Positions 9,219-17,988 of a DNA stretch of 46,476 nt are shown here, piece by piece. Both the position numbers and the translations under genes were made by a program. Source of the DNA: a virus (Duplodnaviria; Caudoviricetes). Numbering within the stretch: the stretch's first letter is position 1; every line of letters starts with the position of its first letter. The stretch is taken from positions 1 to 46,476 of the IMG/VR virus record IMGVR_UViG_3300043690_000038; one strand, written 5' to 3'. The notes under the pieces were generated by a model that did no database searches, was not told the origin of the DNA, and was given only the letters and a program-made list of their open reading frames with translations.

Positions 9219-10901
9219 ATGGCCGCCCCTCCGCCTGTCCCGCCGATCCTCGACGCCGACCGCTACATCAGCTACGCGCCGACCTCGTCGACCTCGGTGT
9301 TCGCCGTGCCGTTCCCAGTGTTCGGCACTGGCGCAGACATCGCCGTCTACTATAACGGCGTCGTCACCGCCGCCTGGACCTTCTCGTCGGCCTCGGGCGC
9401 TACTCTCTCGACCATCGCGCTGCCGATCACCGACGGCCAGATCACCCTCACGACCGCGATAAGTTCGGGAACGCTCGAGATCTTCGGCGACTGGCGGCCG
9501 CGCCAAGGCGCGCTCAACACTAGCCCATCGATCGGCCGGCGCGAGTACCAGCAGGACATCGGCCAGATCGTCGCTTCGCTGCGCGAGGCGTGGACGGCGT
9601 TCCTGAACACCTTCCCGCTCTCCAAAGGATCGCGGGCCAACAAGTTCCTCGCCTTCGACGCGAGCGGCAACCCGGTCGCCTCGAGCTCGGTGACGGCCGG
9701 CTCGATCACCGTCTCGGGGCCGATGACGCCGGTGATCGCCGCCTCGAGCTACCCCGCGGCCTTGAGCCTGATGGGGTTCTCGACCTGGTTCCAGGGGCTG
9801 ATCGGGACGACCTCGAGCTCGGCCTTCTGGACGGCGATCAGCGGCTCGAGCTTCGGCGCGAGCCTCGCGTCGGCGGCCAACGCCGCCGCGGCGCTGACGC
9901 TGCTCGGCGTCTCCTCCTTCATGCAGACGATGCTGGCCGCAGCCACCTCTGCGGCGGCGATGACCGCGCTCGGATTGACGACATTTGGCCAGAGCCTGGT
10001 CACCGCCGCCAACGCCGCGGCTGCGTTGACGACCCTGGGTTTCTCCTCCCTTGCCCAGAGCCTGGCGACGCAGCCGACCGGCGGCCAGATGCTGAACCTG
10101 CTCGGCTACGGCGCGGCGCGGCGTCAGACGGTGGTCGGCGGCCCATTTATCCCGGCGACGGGACAGCCCGGCTTCCTGCCCGCCACGTCCGGGTCGCTCA
10201 GTCTGACTTCGATCGGGAGCTCGCCGCTGATCGTCTCGGCGGCGAACGGCGCAGCCTCGGGCGGAGCCAACGACCTTATCGGCAGCGGCACGGCTCTAAC
10301 CTGGTCGAGCCTTGCGCCTTCGACCACCAACTATCTCTACGTGACGGTCAACGCCGCTGGCGGCCTGACCCCGGGCTCGACCACGCTCCCGCCGGCTTAT
10401 CAATTCGGCGGCACGCCCTCGAATGCGCTCGGCCAGTTCACCTTCCTGATCGGCCCGATGACCGGCTACATGGGCAACGGCTCGGCGGCGCCGCAGGCCA
10501 ATGTGGTGTTCGTCGGCGAAGCGGTGACCTCGGGGACCGGCGTCACGAGCACGGTCGCCTACCAGTACAACGGCTGCTTCGTCGGCGTTCCGATCGCGGT
10601 GCCGGCGACCTCGACCCAAACCAACCTCACCCACAACCTGGGCGTCCCGCCGATCGGCTACCACAAGCAGGCCAAGCTCATCTGCGTCACCACCGACAAG
10701 GGCTATCCGGTCGGGGCGGAGATCGACTGGGACCTGGTCGGGCAGTCCGGCGGCACTATTGCCGCCATCGACAACCACAACGTCTCGCTCTCGATGGAGA
10801 ACTCGATCACGTTCACCGTCGCGCCATTCGCCGGCGGCACCCCGGGCGCGCTCACCAACGCCAACTGGAATGTCCGGCTCTCTGCGTGGAGGAGCTTCTA
10901 A
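9219..10901 (+). CDS. Tail fibre protein with T7 gp17-like N-terminal attachment domain
   Basis: N-terminal RYISY..TSSTSVFAVPFPVF...DIAVYYNG; six ~22-aa S.F...L..AA.AAAALT.LG shaft repeats; beta-rich C-terminal domain. Confidence 0.75.
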   Translation: MAAPPPVPPILDADRYISYAPTSSTSVFAVPFPVFGTGADIAVYYNGVVTAAWTFSSASGATLSTIALPITDGQITLTTAISSGTLEIFGDWRPRQGALNTSPSIGRREYQQDIGQIVASLREAWTAFLNTFPLSKGSRANKFLAFDASGNPVASSSVTAGSITVSGPMTPVIAASSYPAALSLMGFSTWFQGLIGTTSSSAFWTAISGSSFGASLASAANAAAALTLLGVSSFMQTMLAAATSAAAMTALGLTTFGQSLVTAANAAAALTTLGFSSLAQSLATQPTGGQMLNLLGYGAARRQTVVGGPFIPATGQPGFLPATSGSLSLTSIGSSPLIVSAANGAASGGANDLIGSGTALTWSSLAPSTTNYLYVTVNAAGGLTPGSTTLPPAYQFGGTPSNALGQFTFLIGPMTGYMGNGSAAPQANVVFVGEAVTSGTGVTSTVAYQYNGCFVGVPIAVPATSTQTNLTHNLGVPPIGYHKQAKLICVTTDKGYPVGAEIDWDLVGQSGGTIAAIDNHNVSLSMENSITFTVAPFAGGTPGALTNANWNVRLSAWRSF

Positions 10902-11122
10902 TGATCGGCGCCCTCATCTCCCTCATCATCTACATCATCATCCTGGCCGTGCTCTGGTGGCTGGTGAACTATGTGCTCGACAATTTCCCGCTGCCCGAGC
11001 CGGCTGCGCGCATCATCCGGGTTGCGGTCACCATCATCCTGGTCCTGATCGCGATCTATATCCTGCTCGGCGTGTTCGGCATCGCCGGAGTCGAAGGGCC
11101 GCCAAGGCTTAGAGGGCTGTGA
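10901..11122 (+). CDS. Two-TM small membrane protein, putative holin
   Basis: 73 aa from ATG overlapping fibre stop (TAATG); two hydrophobic helices split by FPLPEP; upstream of endolysin. Confidence 0.65.
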   Translation: MIGALISLIIYIIILAVLWWLVNYVLDNFPLPEPAARIIRVAVTIILVLIAIYILLGVFGIAGVEGPPRLRGL

Positions 11123-11337
11123 TCATTGTCGCGGTCGCGCTGGTCACGCTATCGGGTCCGGACGGCCAGCGGATCGACGTCAACCCGGCGACGGTGGTGA
11201 GCGTGCGTGAGCCGCGCGAGTCGGCCTCCGATCACTTCGCCTCGTCGGTCAAGTGCATCCTGCAGACGGTTGACGGCAAACTGATCGCAGTCACCACCGA
11301 CTGCGCGACCGTCCGGCAGCGGCTTGGAGGCAAGTGA
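11119..11337 (+). CDS. Small protein resembling FlbD-like fold, in lysis cassette
   Basis: 72 aa, L.GPDG..I.VNP..V.SV......DGK.I.V pattern; translationally coupled on both sides. Confidence 0.55.
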   Translation: MIIVAVALVTLSGPDGQRIDVNPATVVSVREPRESASDHFASSVKCILQTVDGKLIAVTTDCATVRQRLGGK

Positions 11338-11792
11338 TGGAGCTCTCGGACGCCGGGGTCGCCGTGTTAAGGGACCGTGAGGGCTGCAAGCTCACCGCCT
11401 ACCAGGACTCGGTTGGCGTCTGGACGATCGGCGTCGGGCACACTGCGGCTGCGGGGGAGCCTATCCCGGCGCCCGGCATGACGATCACGCAAGAGGAGGC
11501 GGACGCGATCTTCGACGAGGACCTCGACGCCTACGAGGCGACGGTCAACGAGGTTGTCACCGCCGAGATGGCGCAGAACGAGTATGACGCCTTCGTCTCG
11601 ATCTGCTTCAACATCGGCCAGGGCGGGTTCGCCGAGAGCACCTTCGTCGCGCGGTTCAACGCCGGCGACAAGGAAGGATGCGCCAGGGCGATCCTATGGT
11701 GGGATACGCCGCCGGAAATTATCTCCCGGCGGCAGGGGGAACAGGTGCAGTTCCTCGGCGGCTACGTGCCGCGGATCAAGGCGATCGAGTAG
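11337..11792 (+). CDS. Endolysin, GH24 phage lysozyme
   Basis: Catalytic E-x8-D-x5-T motif REGCKLTAYQDSVGVWTIGVGHT; FNIG; C-terminal RR..E...F. Confidence 0.95.
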   Translation: MELSDAGVAVLRDREGCKLTAYQDSVGVWTIGVGHTAAAGEPIPAPGMTITQEEADAIFDEDLDAYEATVNEVVTAEMAQNEYDAFVSICFNIGQGGFAESTFVARFNAGDKEGCARAILWWDTPPEIISRRQGEQVQFLGGYVPRIKAIE

Positions 11793-11794
11793 GC

Positions 11795-12325
11795 CTACTG
11801 CGGCGTGGTCGCGTCCGTTGCAGGCGGCGCCACAACCACCGGCCCGACGCCGGGATAGTTCACCACGATATAAGGCGGCACGGCGATCGGCTGCACCGGC
11901 CAACCCGCCGAGCCCGCGGGCGGCGGCACTGGCGTAGTCGGGTCGCCGGGGTTGGGCGGCGTCGGCGGCTGCAGACCGGGCGGCACGTTGGGCGGAATGA
12001 TCGGCCCGCCCCAGATGCCCGGAGGCATGCCTTCGCCGGGCGGGTTGAAGCCGGGCGGCCCCCAGATCGGATGGACCGGCGTGCCGGGAGGCTTCGGGCT
12101 CGGGGTCGCCCACGGCGGCGAGTAGCCGGGGTCAACCGGCGGCCGCGCCCACGGCGGGCTGTAACCCGGATCGACCGGACCTTGCGGCGGGATGATCGGC
12201 CCGCCGCCGACTCCGAGGTCGGTCAACCAAGCTTCGCCGACAAAGGTCGCGGGGATCGGCTGATCGGCTGCGCTTCGACCCTTCGGATAGAGAACGCCGT
12301 TCAAGGTGATCGATGCTGATGCCAT
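11795..12325 (-). CDS. Proline-rich low-complexity protein
   Basis: 176 aa, AGGAG RBS, PVDPGYSPPWA x2, IWG(G/P)P and GGPIIPP repeats; convergent with the lysis genes. Confidence 0.75.
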   Translation of the reverse strand: MASASITLNGVLYPKGRSAADQPIPATFVGEAWLTDLGVGGGPIIPPQGPVDPGYSPPWARPPVDPGYSPPWATPSPKPPGTPVHPIWGPPGFNPPGEGMPPGIWGGPIIPPNVPPGLQPPTPPNPGDPTTPVPPPAGSAGWPVQPIAVPPYIVVNYPGVGPVVVAPPATDATTPQ

Positions 12326-12358
12326 GGGGGAGGGTCTCCTGGAGGGATGGACCCCGCC

Positions 12359-12391
12359 ATAGCACCCAGATGTTGCGGTTTCTCAACGCCC
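12359..12391 (-). promoter_or_regulatory. Putative late-type promoter (GGGCGTTG...TGCTAT) for the Pro-rich gene
   Basis: Minus-strand GGGCGTTG at 12391-12384, 19 nt, TGCTAT. Confidence 0.55.
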
Positions 12392-12412
12392 CAACCTACC
12401 GCCTCTGGGGGG

Positions 12413-12434
12413 TTTCATTGCTATTTCATTGCTA
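12413..12434 (+). repeat. Tandem 11-bp repeat TTTCATTGCTA x2, putative integrase arm-type sites
   Basis: Exact tandem copy; near-identical pair on the other side of the att core. Confidence 0.75.
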
Positions 12435-12464
12435 AAACCGGGGCCGTCTGTAGGAAGTATGGGC

Positions 12465-12477
12465 TAAGTTATTGATA
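12465..12477 (-). promoter_or_regulatory. IHF-binding consensus in attP
   Basis: Minus strand TATCAATAACTTA matches WATCAANNNNTTR, between arm sites and core. Confidence 0.65.
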
Positions 12478-12480
12478 TTG

Positions 12481-12528
12481 TGGTGGGCGGTACAGGGCTC
12501 GAACCTGTGACCCTCTCGGTGTAAACGA
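12481..12528 (-). other. attP core: 3' half of tRNA-Val(TAC)
   Basis: Minus strand TCGTTTACACCGAGAGGGTCACAGGTTCGAGCCCTGTACCGCCCACCA = anticodon loop (TAC), T-arm, acceptor 3' strand and CCA; 5' half absent; lies downstream of integrase. Confidence 0.9.
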
Positions 12529-12627
12529 TGGTCCAGACAACCCTCGCACTGAACTTATTGCGTTTTTTTGTCATTGAGTGCGCCTGTGAGACAACTTTGT
12601 GCTCGTTTGTTCCGCTCGCCCATCCCA

Positions 12628-12649
12628 TTTCATTGCCATTTCATTGCCA
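12628..12649 (+). repeat. Tandem 11-bp repeat TTTCATTGCCA x2, putative integrase arm-type sites
   Basis: One mismatch to the 12413-12434 unit, same orientation. Confidence 0.75.
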
Positions 12650-12736
12650 GTTTCAGCTTTGTTCCATGTCCTCTGGGTCCGGAAGAAACATCGTTGATGG
12701 TCACAGGCGAACGTCGTGCTCGATGATAGGCATCGC

Positions 12737-12985
12737 TCAATCCAAAACTGCGAGATCGAGCCCGCAATCGTTGGCGACACGGAGCGCCATGACCGCGACT
12801 TGGATCGCCTCGCCACGGATCGTCGCATAGTCGCGGTGTTGCAGGATCGCTTGGTTTAGCTCGCCCACCTCCTCCGTGAGAGCGGCGAGCGTTCGCCAAA
12901 ACGATTGCTGCGGAAACTTGGCGCGAGCGCGTCGAAGCTCCGCGCCAAGGTCGTAGAGAAAGGCGGCGTCAGCGCTTTCGCTCAT
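12737..12985 (-). CDS. MazG-like nucleotide pyrophosphohydrolase domain protein
   Basis: ALTEEVGELNQAIL...IRGEAIQVAVMALR motif, 82 aa. Confidence 0.75.
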   Translation of the reverse strand: MSESADAAFLYDLGAELRRARAKFPQQSFWRTLAALTEEVGELNQAILQHRDYATIRGEAIQVAVMALRVANDCGLDLAVLD

Positions 12986-14072
12986 AGACAGTTCTCCTCA
13001 TCAGCGCCTTGGCGACTGCGTCATGCGCGCTCGGGCAATGGTGGCCATAGACCTTCTGGACGATCGCGGGCGACACGCCGAAGAACCCGCTAGCCTCCCA
13101 GACCGTCGCGCCGCCCTGCAACGCCCACGTGATCGCCGTGTGGCGCAGCGTATGCGGCGTGACCCTGGTCAGGCCGGCGTCAGCCGCAGTGCGCGCGAAG
13201 CTCTTCTTGACGCTCACGACCGGCTGGCCTTCGTACTCGACCACGGAGGAGAGCGAGATGCCGCGCCGCTTCCAACGGCGCATGTGAGCCAAGAGCCGCG
13301 GCGGCAACCTGACCGGCGGCTGGCGCTTGTTGGTCTCGGCCGTCCCCGGCGCGCGGCGGTAGAACACGCCCTGATCGAGATCGACATAACCGCGGCCGAT
13401 CGCAGGCCCCATAGCGGCCCCACAGATGGCCGCTGAGCGGGTTCCGGTATAGAGGCCGACCAAGATGAAGCGGGCGATGTGGCGGCGGCTGTAGCGCCCC
13501 GGAGAGCCGTCCCGCTCGGCCTGCCGGAAGCGCCACGCCTCCCAGACGAGCTTCGCGGCCTCGGAGCGGGTGAGCCAGCGCTCGCGCGGCGCAGCCTTGG
13601 GCGGCAGTTCGATCACCGGATGGACGGTGATCACTTCCTCTTCGCGCGCGTGTCCGAGGGCGGCGGAGAGGTCTTCGAGCTCGCGCCGAGCCGCCTGCGC
13701 ATGCTCGCCGCGGAAGGCGGCATAGTCCCGGCACAGGCGCCTGTTCAAGGCGGCGACCGGCTTCTCGCCGAAGAAGGAGAGCAGCGTTTCGATGCGGCGG
13801 GCGAGCTCGTAGGGACGAGCCAATGTCTTGCCGCGATCGAGCGCGTAGAGGTTCAGGATCTCGGCGAGGGCGATGGAAGACGGGTCACGGCCGCTGTCGC
13901 GGTTTGGCTTGGCGCGGGTGGCGAGATAGTCCGCGAGCTCTCTCTCAGCGCCCGCGCGGTCGTGAGCGCCGCAGCCAGTTGCAATCTGCTTTCCGTGGTC
14001 GAGGATGACCCAGCTTTTGGCCGAGTTCCTTTCGCGGAGCCAGAGGCGGGCGGGTTGGCTTGGGCGCGGCAT
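12969..14072 (-). CDS. int: Tyrosine integrase
   Basis: YTGTR, K (TNKRQPPV), HTLRHT and VYGHH catalytic motifs; adjacent tRNA-derived attP. Confidence 0.95.
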   Translation of the reverse strand: MPRPSQPARLWLRERNSAKSWVILDHGKQIATGCGAHDRAGAERELADYLATRAKPNRDSGRDPSSIALAEILNLYALDRGKTLARPYELARRIETLLSFFGEKPVAALNRRLCRDYAAFRGEHAQAARRELEDLSAALGHAREEEVITVHPVIELPPKAAPRERWLTRSEAAKLVWEAWRFRQAERDGSPGRYSRRHIARFILVGLYTGTRSAAICGAAMGPAIGRGYVDLDQGVFYRRAPGTAETNKRQPPVRLPPRLLAHMRRWKRRGISLSSVVEYEGQPVVSVKKSFARTAADAGLTRVTPHTLRHTAITWALQGGATVWEASGFFGVSPAIVQKVYGHHCPSAHDAVAKALMRRTVYERKR

Positions 14073-14275
14073 AATTCCCTCATACGTTGACAGTCAGACA
14101 ACGTTGTGTACTGCTTGCCGGCGATCCTTTCAATGGCCAAATTGCCTTTGGCGTATTCTTTTCTCAAGCCGGACGCGCTCATGCTGCCGTCCGGGAACGC
14201 CAGCTTGGCGGCTAGCTCGAGCCTGAGCGGCGTGTCGTCGGCGATCAGCGCCCTGTCGGGCATGTGAGCTTTCAC
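13853..14275 (-). CDS. xis: Excisionase-like protein overlapping int 5' end
   Basis: DDTPLRL..AA..AFPDGSM..SGLRKE..KG.L.IERIAGK.YTTL winged-helix pattern immediately upstream of int; C-terminal tail overlaps int by 220 nt. Confidence 0.8.
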   Translation of the reverse strand: MKAHMPDRALIADDTPLRLELAAKLAFPDGSMSASGLRKEYAKGNLAIERIAGKQYTTLSDCQRMRELCRAQANPPASGSAKGTRPKAGSSSTTESRLQLAAALTTARALRESSRTISPPAPSQTATAAVTRLPSPSPRS

Positions 14276-14287
14276 CTGTCACCTCCT

Positions 14288-14572
14288 TCATCGCTGATAA
14301 TGAGCCGCCAGCTCTTCAGCATAGGCCCGCACCGCCTCACAATGCTGGATCAGCTTGGCGACCTCGATGTCGGTGTAACCATGTTCCTCCTCACAGGTGA
14401 ACTGATCCTGCGCCAGCCGGCCTAACAGCTCCGGAAGGTCGTCGGCGATCCGCGCCGCAACCGCCGGTAGACACTGTATCCGCCGAACATAGTTGAGATT
14501 CACCGCCTGCCCCCGGCAGCCGTCCTCCCGGCACCAGATCCTAAGCTCGCCGTGCTTGCAGTACGTCGTCAC
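14288..14572 (-). CDS. Hypothetical protein
   Basis: 94 aa, coupled start (GTGA overlap) in leftward operon. Confidence 0.6.
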   Translation of the reverse strand: MTTYCKHGELRIWCREDGCRGQAVNLNYVRRIQCLPAVAARIADDLPELLGRLAQDQFTCEEEHGYTDIEVAKLIQHCEAVRAYAEELAAHYQR

Positions 14573-14808
14573 TTCCTCTGCTCCAGCGCCTGGATCCGCT
14601 CGCGCACCCGGCGGATGGCGATGCGGGCGATCTGTCGGGCGGAGGCCTCGACCGCCTCCTCGATCTCCACGTCTGCGGTCGCGTCGGGCGCGGGGCAGGC
14701 GAGCGCGATGGCGACCGCCTGCTGGCCGATCTCTTCCGCCGCGTCGAGCTCCTCGTTCGAGGCGTTGCGCATGGCGGCTTTCAGACGGTTGGCGGCGATC
14801 TCGTTCAT
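14569..14808 (-). CDS. Hypothetical protein (79 aa, MNEIAANRL...)
   Basis: GAGGAGGT RBS before ATG 14808; helical. Confidence 0.7.
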   Translation of the reverse strand: MNEIAANRLKAAMRNASNEELDAAEEIGQQAVAIALACPAPDATADVEIEEAVEASARQIARIAIRRVRERIQALEQRK

Positions 14809-15197
14809 GTGAACCTCCTCACGATTTCGGGCGCCCCACGGGCAACCTTGGTCAGCGGCGGCTTCTCCTTCGGCCGCCGAATTTTTTTTCTGACGCCTAA
14901 GTGCGCCGCCTCGCGCCGCTTGGCTTTGGCGATGAGGCCGACGTCCTCCCTCGTCTTGCCTTCCGGCCCGCGGTGGCATTTGGCCTTGCATAAGAGCATG
15001 CCATCCGCCGGCGTGAGGCGGCGCTTCTTGTCCGCGTCCGGCCTTACGGCCTCGGCGATGATGTGGTCGATCTCCCACTGCCGTCGAAACAGCATCACCT
15101 CGCCGCAGCCTTCGCAATGGATGCGCCCTTTTCGTGCGGCCCGGTTGACGATCGCCACCTTCACGTCGGCCGGGAAGGGGCGATAGAGCGTCCTCAT
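14805..15197 (-). CDS. HNH endonuclease family protein
   Basis: CEGC...EIDHII...LLC...CH...KT..D...IAKAKR motif; usual neighbour of NinB/exo/ERF. Confidence 0.85.
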   Translation of the reverse strand: MRTLYRPFPADVKVAIVNRAARKGRIHCEGCGEVMLFRRQWEIDHIIAEAVRPDADKKRRLTPADGMLLCKAKCHRGPEGKTREDVGLIAKAKRREAAHLGVRKKIRRPKEKPPLTKVARGAPEIVRRFT

Positions 15198-15370
15198 CTC
15201 CCGATCGCCCCTGCGAGCTCGTCGGCGCACCGTCGATAGATCCGAGCGGCTTCCTCATGCAGAAAGCGCTCCTCTTCGCCCGAGAACTGTGCTTCGCTGG
15301 CGTGGCGCGCGGCGGCGTCGCGCCAAACATGGACGAGCTCGACCAGCCGATCGCGTTCCTCGGGCGTCAC
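15194..15370 (-). CDS. Hypothetical protein (58 aa, MTPEERDRLVEL...)
   Basis: GTG start overlapping NinB stop, stop overlapping HNH start. Confidence 0.6.
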   Translation of the reverse strand: MTPEERDRLVELVHVWRDAAARHASEAQFSGEEERFLHEEAARIYRRCADELAGAIGR

Positions 15371-15747
15371 GCCGCGTCTCCGGTCTCGACGCCGTGCTCG
15401 GCCGCGTACTGACAGATCCGCTCGAGCAGGTCGGAAAACTCTTCTTTCGTCAAATGGGACGAGCGATAGCCGACGGCGACCACGCCCTCGCCGTCGAGCG
15501 CCGGCATGAACTGCATCCGTTTGCCCATCTCCTTGAGGAAGGCGCACTTCCACGCCTCGGCGTCATAGTGGTTCCCGCAGTGCTCGACCTTGGTCGCGAT
15601 CTCGCTCAGCAGGCACCACATCAGTTGGTTCTGCCGGTTGGTGCGTGGGTCGTGGATCAGTTCGAACCGCGTTCCAGACGGCGCGGTCTTGACCAGCTCC
15701 ACGACTTGGTCGCGGTTCTTGGCGTGGATGACGATCGAGTGCCTCAT
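15367..15747 (-). CDS. ninB: NinB/Orf family recombination protein
   Basis: RT..QN..MW.LL.EIA...E.WK..F...G..SS.L.K.EFS.L.E.I..Y.AE.GV. Confidence 0.9.
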   Translation of the reverse strand: MRHSIVIHAKNRDQVVELVKTAPSGTRFELIHDPRTNRQNQLMWCLLSEIATKVEHCGNHYDAEAWKCAFLKEMGKRMQFMPALDGEGVVAVGYRSSHLTKEEFSDLLERICQYAAEHGVETGDAA

Positions 15748-16394
15748 GCGGCGCTCTCCTCAAGCCCATAGGCCTCAAGCAGCGCCGCGACCTTGCTCGC
15801 GAGTTCGTCGAGGAAGCCGCGAGCGTCGACCTCCATCTCTTCGATCAGCCGATCGTTGCGTTCGACGCGCTCGATCGCAAGCTGCATCGGGCCGGGAAAG
15901 TTCGGGTTATAGAACACGACGTCGCACCATGACCGTCCGGCGCAACACATCTGCCATTGAACCTGCTGGTGATACCGGTCAGGGACCTGGCGGGTGAGCA
16001 GGAAATCGAGATGAGCGGCCTCTTCCGGACATTTAATTTCGACCAGGCCGTCGTCGCCGACGAGGCCGTCGGGCGAAGCGTGAGTTCCGCGAATGATCGG
16101 GTGGCGCACCAGACCGATCTCGACCACGGTCACGCCCTTCTCGATTTCGTAGCCGAGGCGGGCCATGGGCTCGCGCTCAATGCCGTTGCGCATCGCTTGG
16201 CTCTGGTAGGTCTCGACGGACTGGCCGGTCAGCCGTTCGATCAAGAGCCTGGCCATCAGCGCGGCCCGGCTCGCGCCCCATCCCGTCTTGATGCGGGCGC
16301 GCGCGTCGGCGATGTCGGACGCGCCGAGCGAGCCGGCGCGCGCCTGCTTCCATTCGTTCGAACCTTGGCGCATCTCGACGAAGACGTCGCTCAT
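15744..16394 (-). CDS. Lambda-exonuclease/YqaJ family exonuclease
   Basis: QGS.EW...R.G.L.AS; M..G.E.EP.AR; ASPDGLVGDDGLVEIKCP; QVQWQM. Confidence 0.95.
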   Translation of the reverse strand: MSDVFVEMRQGSNEWKQARAGSLGASDIADARARIKTGWGASRAALMARLLIERLTGQSVETYQSQAMRNGIEREPMARLGYEIEKGVTVVEIGLVRHPIIRGTHASPDGLVGDDGLVEIKCPEEAAHLDFLLTRQVPDRYHQQVQWQMCCAGRSWCDVVFYNPNFPGPMQLAIERVERNDRLIEEMEVDARGFLDELASKVAALLEAYGLEESAA

Positions 16395-17233
16395 TTGCCT
16401 TGGTGCTGCTTGGCCTTGAGACGGGCGAGGCCCTTGTCAAACTGGGCTTTGGTCATCGTCTGGACGGACTCAGCGCCGACATACTGCAAAAATTTTCCCT
16501 TATCGCTCTTCGTCTCGCGGATCAGGTCGTCGATATAGATGGCGTTGTCGAGGTCGATGACCGGATCAGCGGCGTCATTGAGCGATTGGGCGTCGTCGTC
16601 CCTACCCGCGGCGAGGCCGATGGCGGCCCTGAGCCCATAGCGCTGCAGGTAGGTGAGCGCCGAGCCCAGCGCTTGCAGCGGGTTCATGCTGGAGCCGGCC
16701 GCGTCAATGACGGCGTCGAGCGGTTTCGAGGTGACGCTGTGACCGTCAGCGTGGGAAAGCACGGTGACGACGAGGGCGACGTTGCTCTCTTTCCAGACAT
16801 TGAAGCGATAGGCGAGGCCGTAGTCGGCGAACACCGGATCGACGGCGCGCGCCACATCGGCGAACTCCTCGTACTTATAGCGGGTGCGCTTCCCGGTTCT
16901 CTCGGACGCGAAGTCGACATCGTGCGTCTTGAGCACGGGCTCGATCTTCGCCTTCGCCTTCGACAGGGCGGCGTTGAAGGCGCGCTCGGCGGCGCGGTCC
17001 TCTTCAATGCGTCGCTGGGCAAGCAAGCGCTCGATCACTTCGATCGGCGGCGCTTGCAGGTTGGCGAGGCGCTCGATGATGGCGAGCAGGCCTCCGCCGC
17101 CGGGAGGCGGCGACGCGGTTTTTCGGCGCTTGGGTTCCCCGGAGAGAGGAGGTTGTGAGCGACCTCCCTCCGGGGAGGACGGAGCGGACGAGGGGGTTCC
17201 GCCCTGCTCCGCCATCTCGATGTCGCCGTTCAC
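16391..17233 (-). CDS. erf: ERF family single-strand annealing protein
   Basis: YKYEE..DV; QALGSALTYLQRY.L.A..GLA...DDDA; start placed at GTG overlapping upstream stop. Confidence 0.9.
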   Translation of the reverse strand: MNGDIEMAEQGGTPSSAPSSPEGGRSQPPLSGEPKRRKTASPPPGGGGLLAIIERLANLQAPPIEVIERLLAQRRIEEDRAAERAFNAALSKAKAKIEPVLKTHDVDFASERTGKRTRYKYEEFADVARAVDPVFADYGLAYRFNVWKESNVALVVTVLSHADGHSVTSKPLDAVIDAAGSSMNPLQALGSALTYLQRYGLRAAIGLAAGRDDDAQSLNDAADPVIDLDNAIYIDDLIRETKSDKGKFLQYVGAESVQTMTKAQFDKGLARLKAKQHQGK

Positions 17234-17478
17234 TGCAGCGCCTCGCCGATGTCCGCGGGCCGCGGGAAGACGACGCCCTGGCCGAACCGCCATTCGAAAT
17301 TGCAGCAGTCGTCGTCATCGATGATCACGACCCGGCGCACGACGCCAAGCTGCGCGGCGACGCACGTGCAATAGTGTCGGGCCGCTTTCATCGCCTCGAG
17401 CCCCGGCACGCCTTCGCGCACCCGCTCGCGCGAACCGTCGGCAAGGAACTGAATGACGTCGAAGCCGTCGCTGCTCAT
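17230..17478 (-). CDS. Hypothetical protein, first gene of leftward early operon
   Basis: 82 aa directly downstream of the leftward promoter. Confidence 0.75.
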   Translation of the reverse strand: MSSDGFDVIQFLADGSRERVREGVPGLEAMKAARHYCTCVAAQLGVVRRVVIIDDDDCCNFEWRFGQGVVFPRPADIGEALQ

Positions 17479-17483
17479 GGCGC

Positions 17484-17514
17484 TAAAGTTGTCCGAGCGA
17501 CAACTTTATGTCAA
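17484..17514 (-). promoter_or_regulatory. Leftward early promoter with overlapping palindromic operator
   Basis: Minus strand TTGACA-17 nt-CAACTT, 7 nt before ATG 17478; perfect inverted repeat TAAAGTTGTC-N5-GACAACTTTA at 17484-17508. Confidence 0.75.
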
Positions 17515-17559
17515 GAGCAATCACGGCGGCAAAAATTTTTCTGTGTATAAACTTACGCG

Positions 17560-17865
17560 CTAGTGATTGACGAACGCCTTGAGGACGGCGAGCGCCCGCG
17601 CCCTTTCCTCCTCCGAGGCCCCCTCTACGACAGCATCGAGCGACTCACGATCCGGGTGGGCGAAGAACTGCGCAAGCGTGATGTCGAGCGCCTCCATGAG
17701 CGCGAACTGGACCTCGAGCGTCATGCCGCGCTCGCCTGTTTCATAGCGGGAAATCATGCCTTTAGAGGTAGCGAGCTTCTCCCCCAGCTCGCGCTGGGTA
17801 AGGCCGCGCTTCAACCGCCATTCCTTCAAGTAGTGCCGATGGGGCGAGTTGATGGATGTTGGCAT
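17560..17865 (-). CDS. XRE-family HTH repressor (CI-like, no peptidase domain)
   Basis: YLKEWR..RGLTQ.EL...L.TSKGMISRYETG.R; divergent from a second HTH gene. Confidence 0.85.
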   Translation of the reverse strand: MPTSINSPHRHYLKEWRLKRGLTQRELGEKLATSKGMISRYETGERGMTLEVQFALMEALDITLAQFFAHPDRESLDAVVEGASEEERARALAVLKAFVNH

Positions 17866-17897
17866 AGAGGCAACGTTGTAAAGACCGTCCCGGCTTT

Positions 17898-17978
17898 TGT
17901 CAAATTGACAGGGCGGCCGCCAAGGTTTTGCTGGACCCCAAATCGCCTCTTGACGTTCGGTTGGCTCTGCGGCACTTT
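17898..17978. promoter_or_regulatory. Divergent promoter region of the genetic switch
   Basis: Back-to-back -35 boxes TGTCAA-A-TTGACA (17898-17910) and TTGACG-17 nt-CACTTT (17950-17978) ahead of the Cro-like gene. Confidence 0.6.
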
Positions 17979-17988
17979 TTATGGCAAT

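Noticed and set aside
9590-10900. 510-aa ORF fused to the holin-like protein
   Set aside because: Off-frame overlap with the tail fibre; real gene starts at ATG 10901
12481-12560. Complete tRNA-Val gene
   Set aside because: Only anticodon loop to CCA is present; no D-arm or 5' acceptor strand, so it is an att core
17563-17988. N-terminal extension of the Cro-like ORF (254 aa)
   Set aside because: Antisense to the repressor and spans the promoter region
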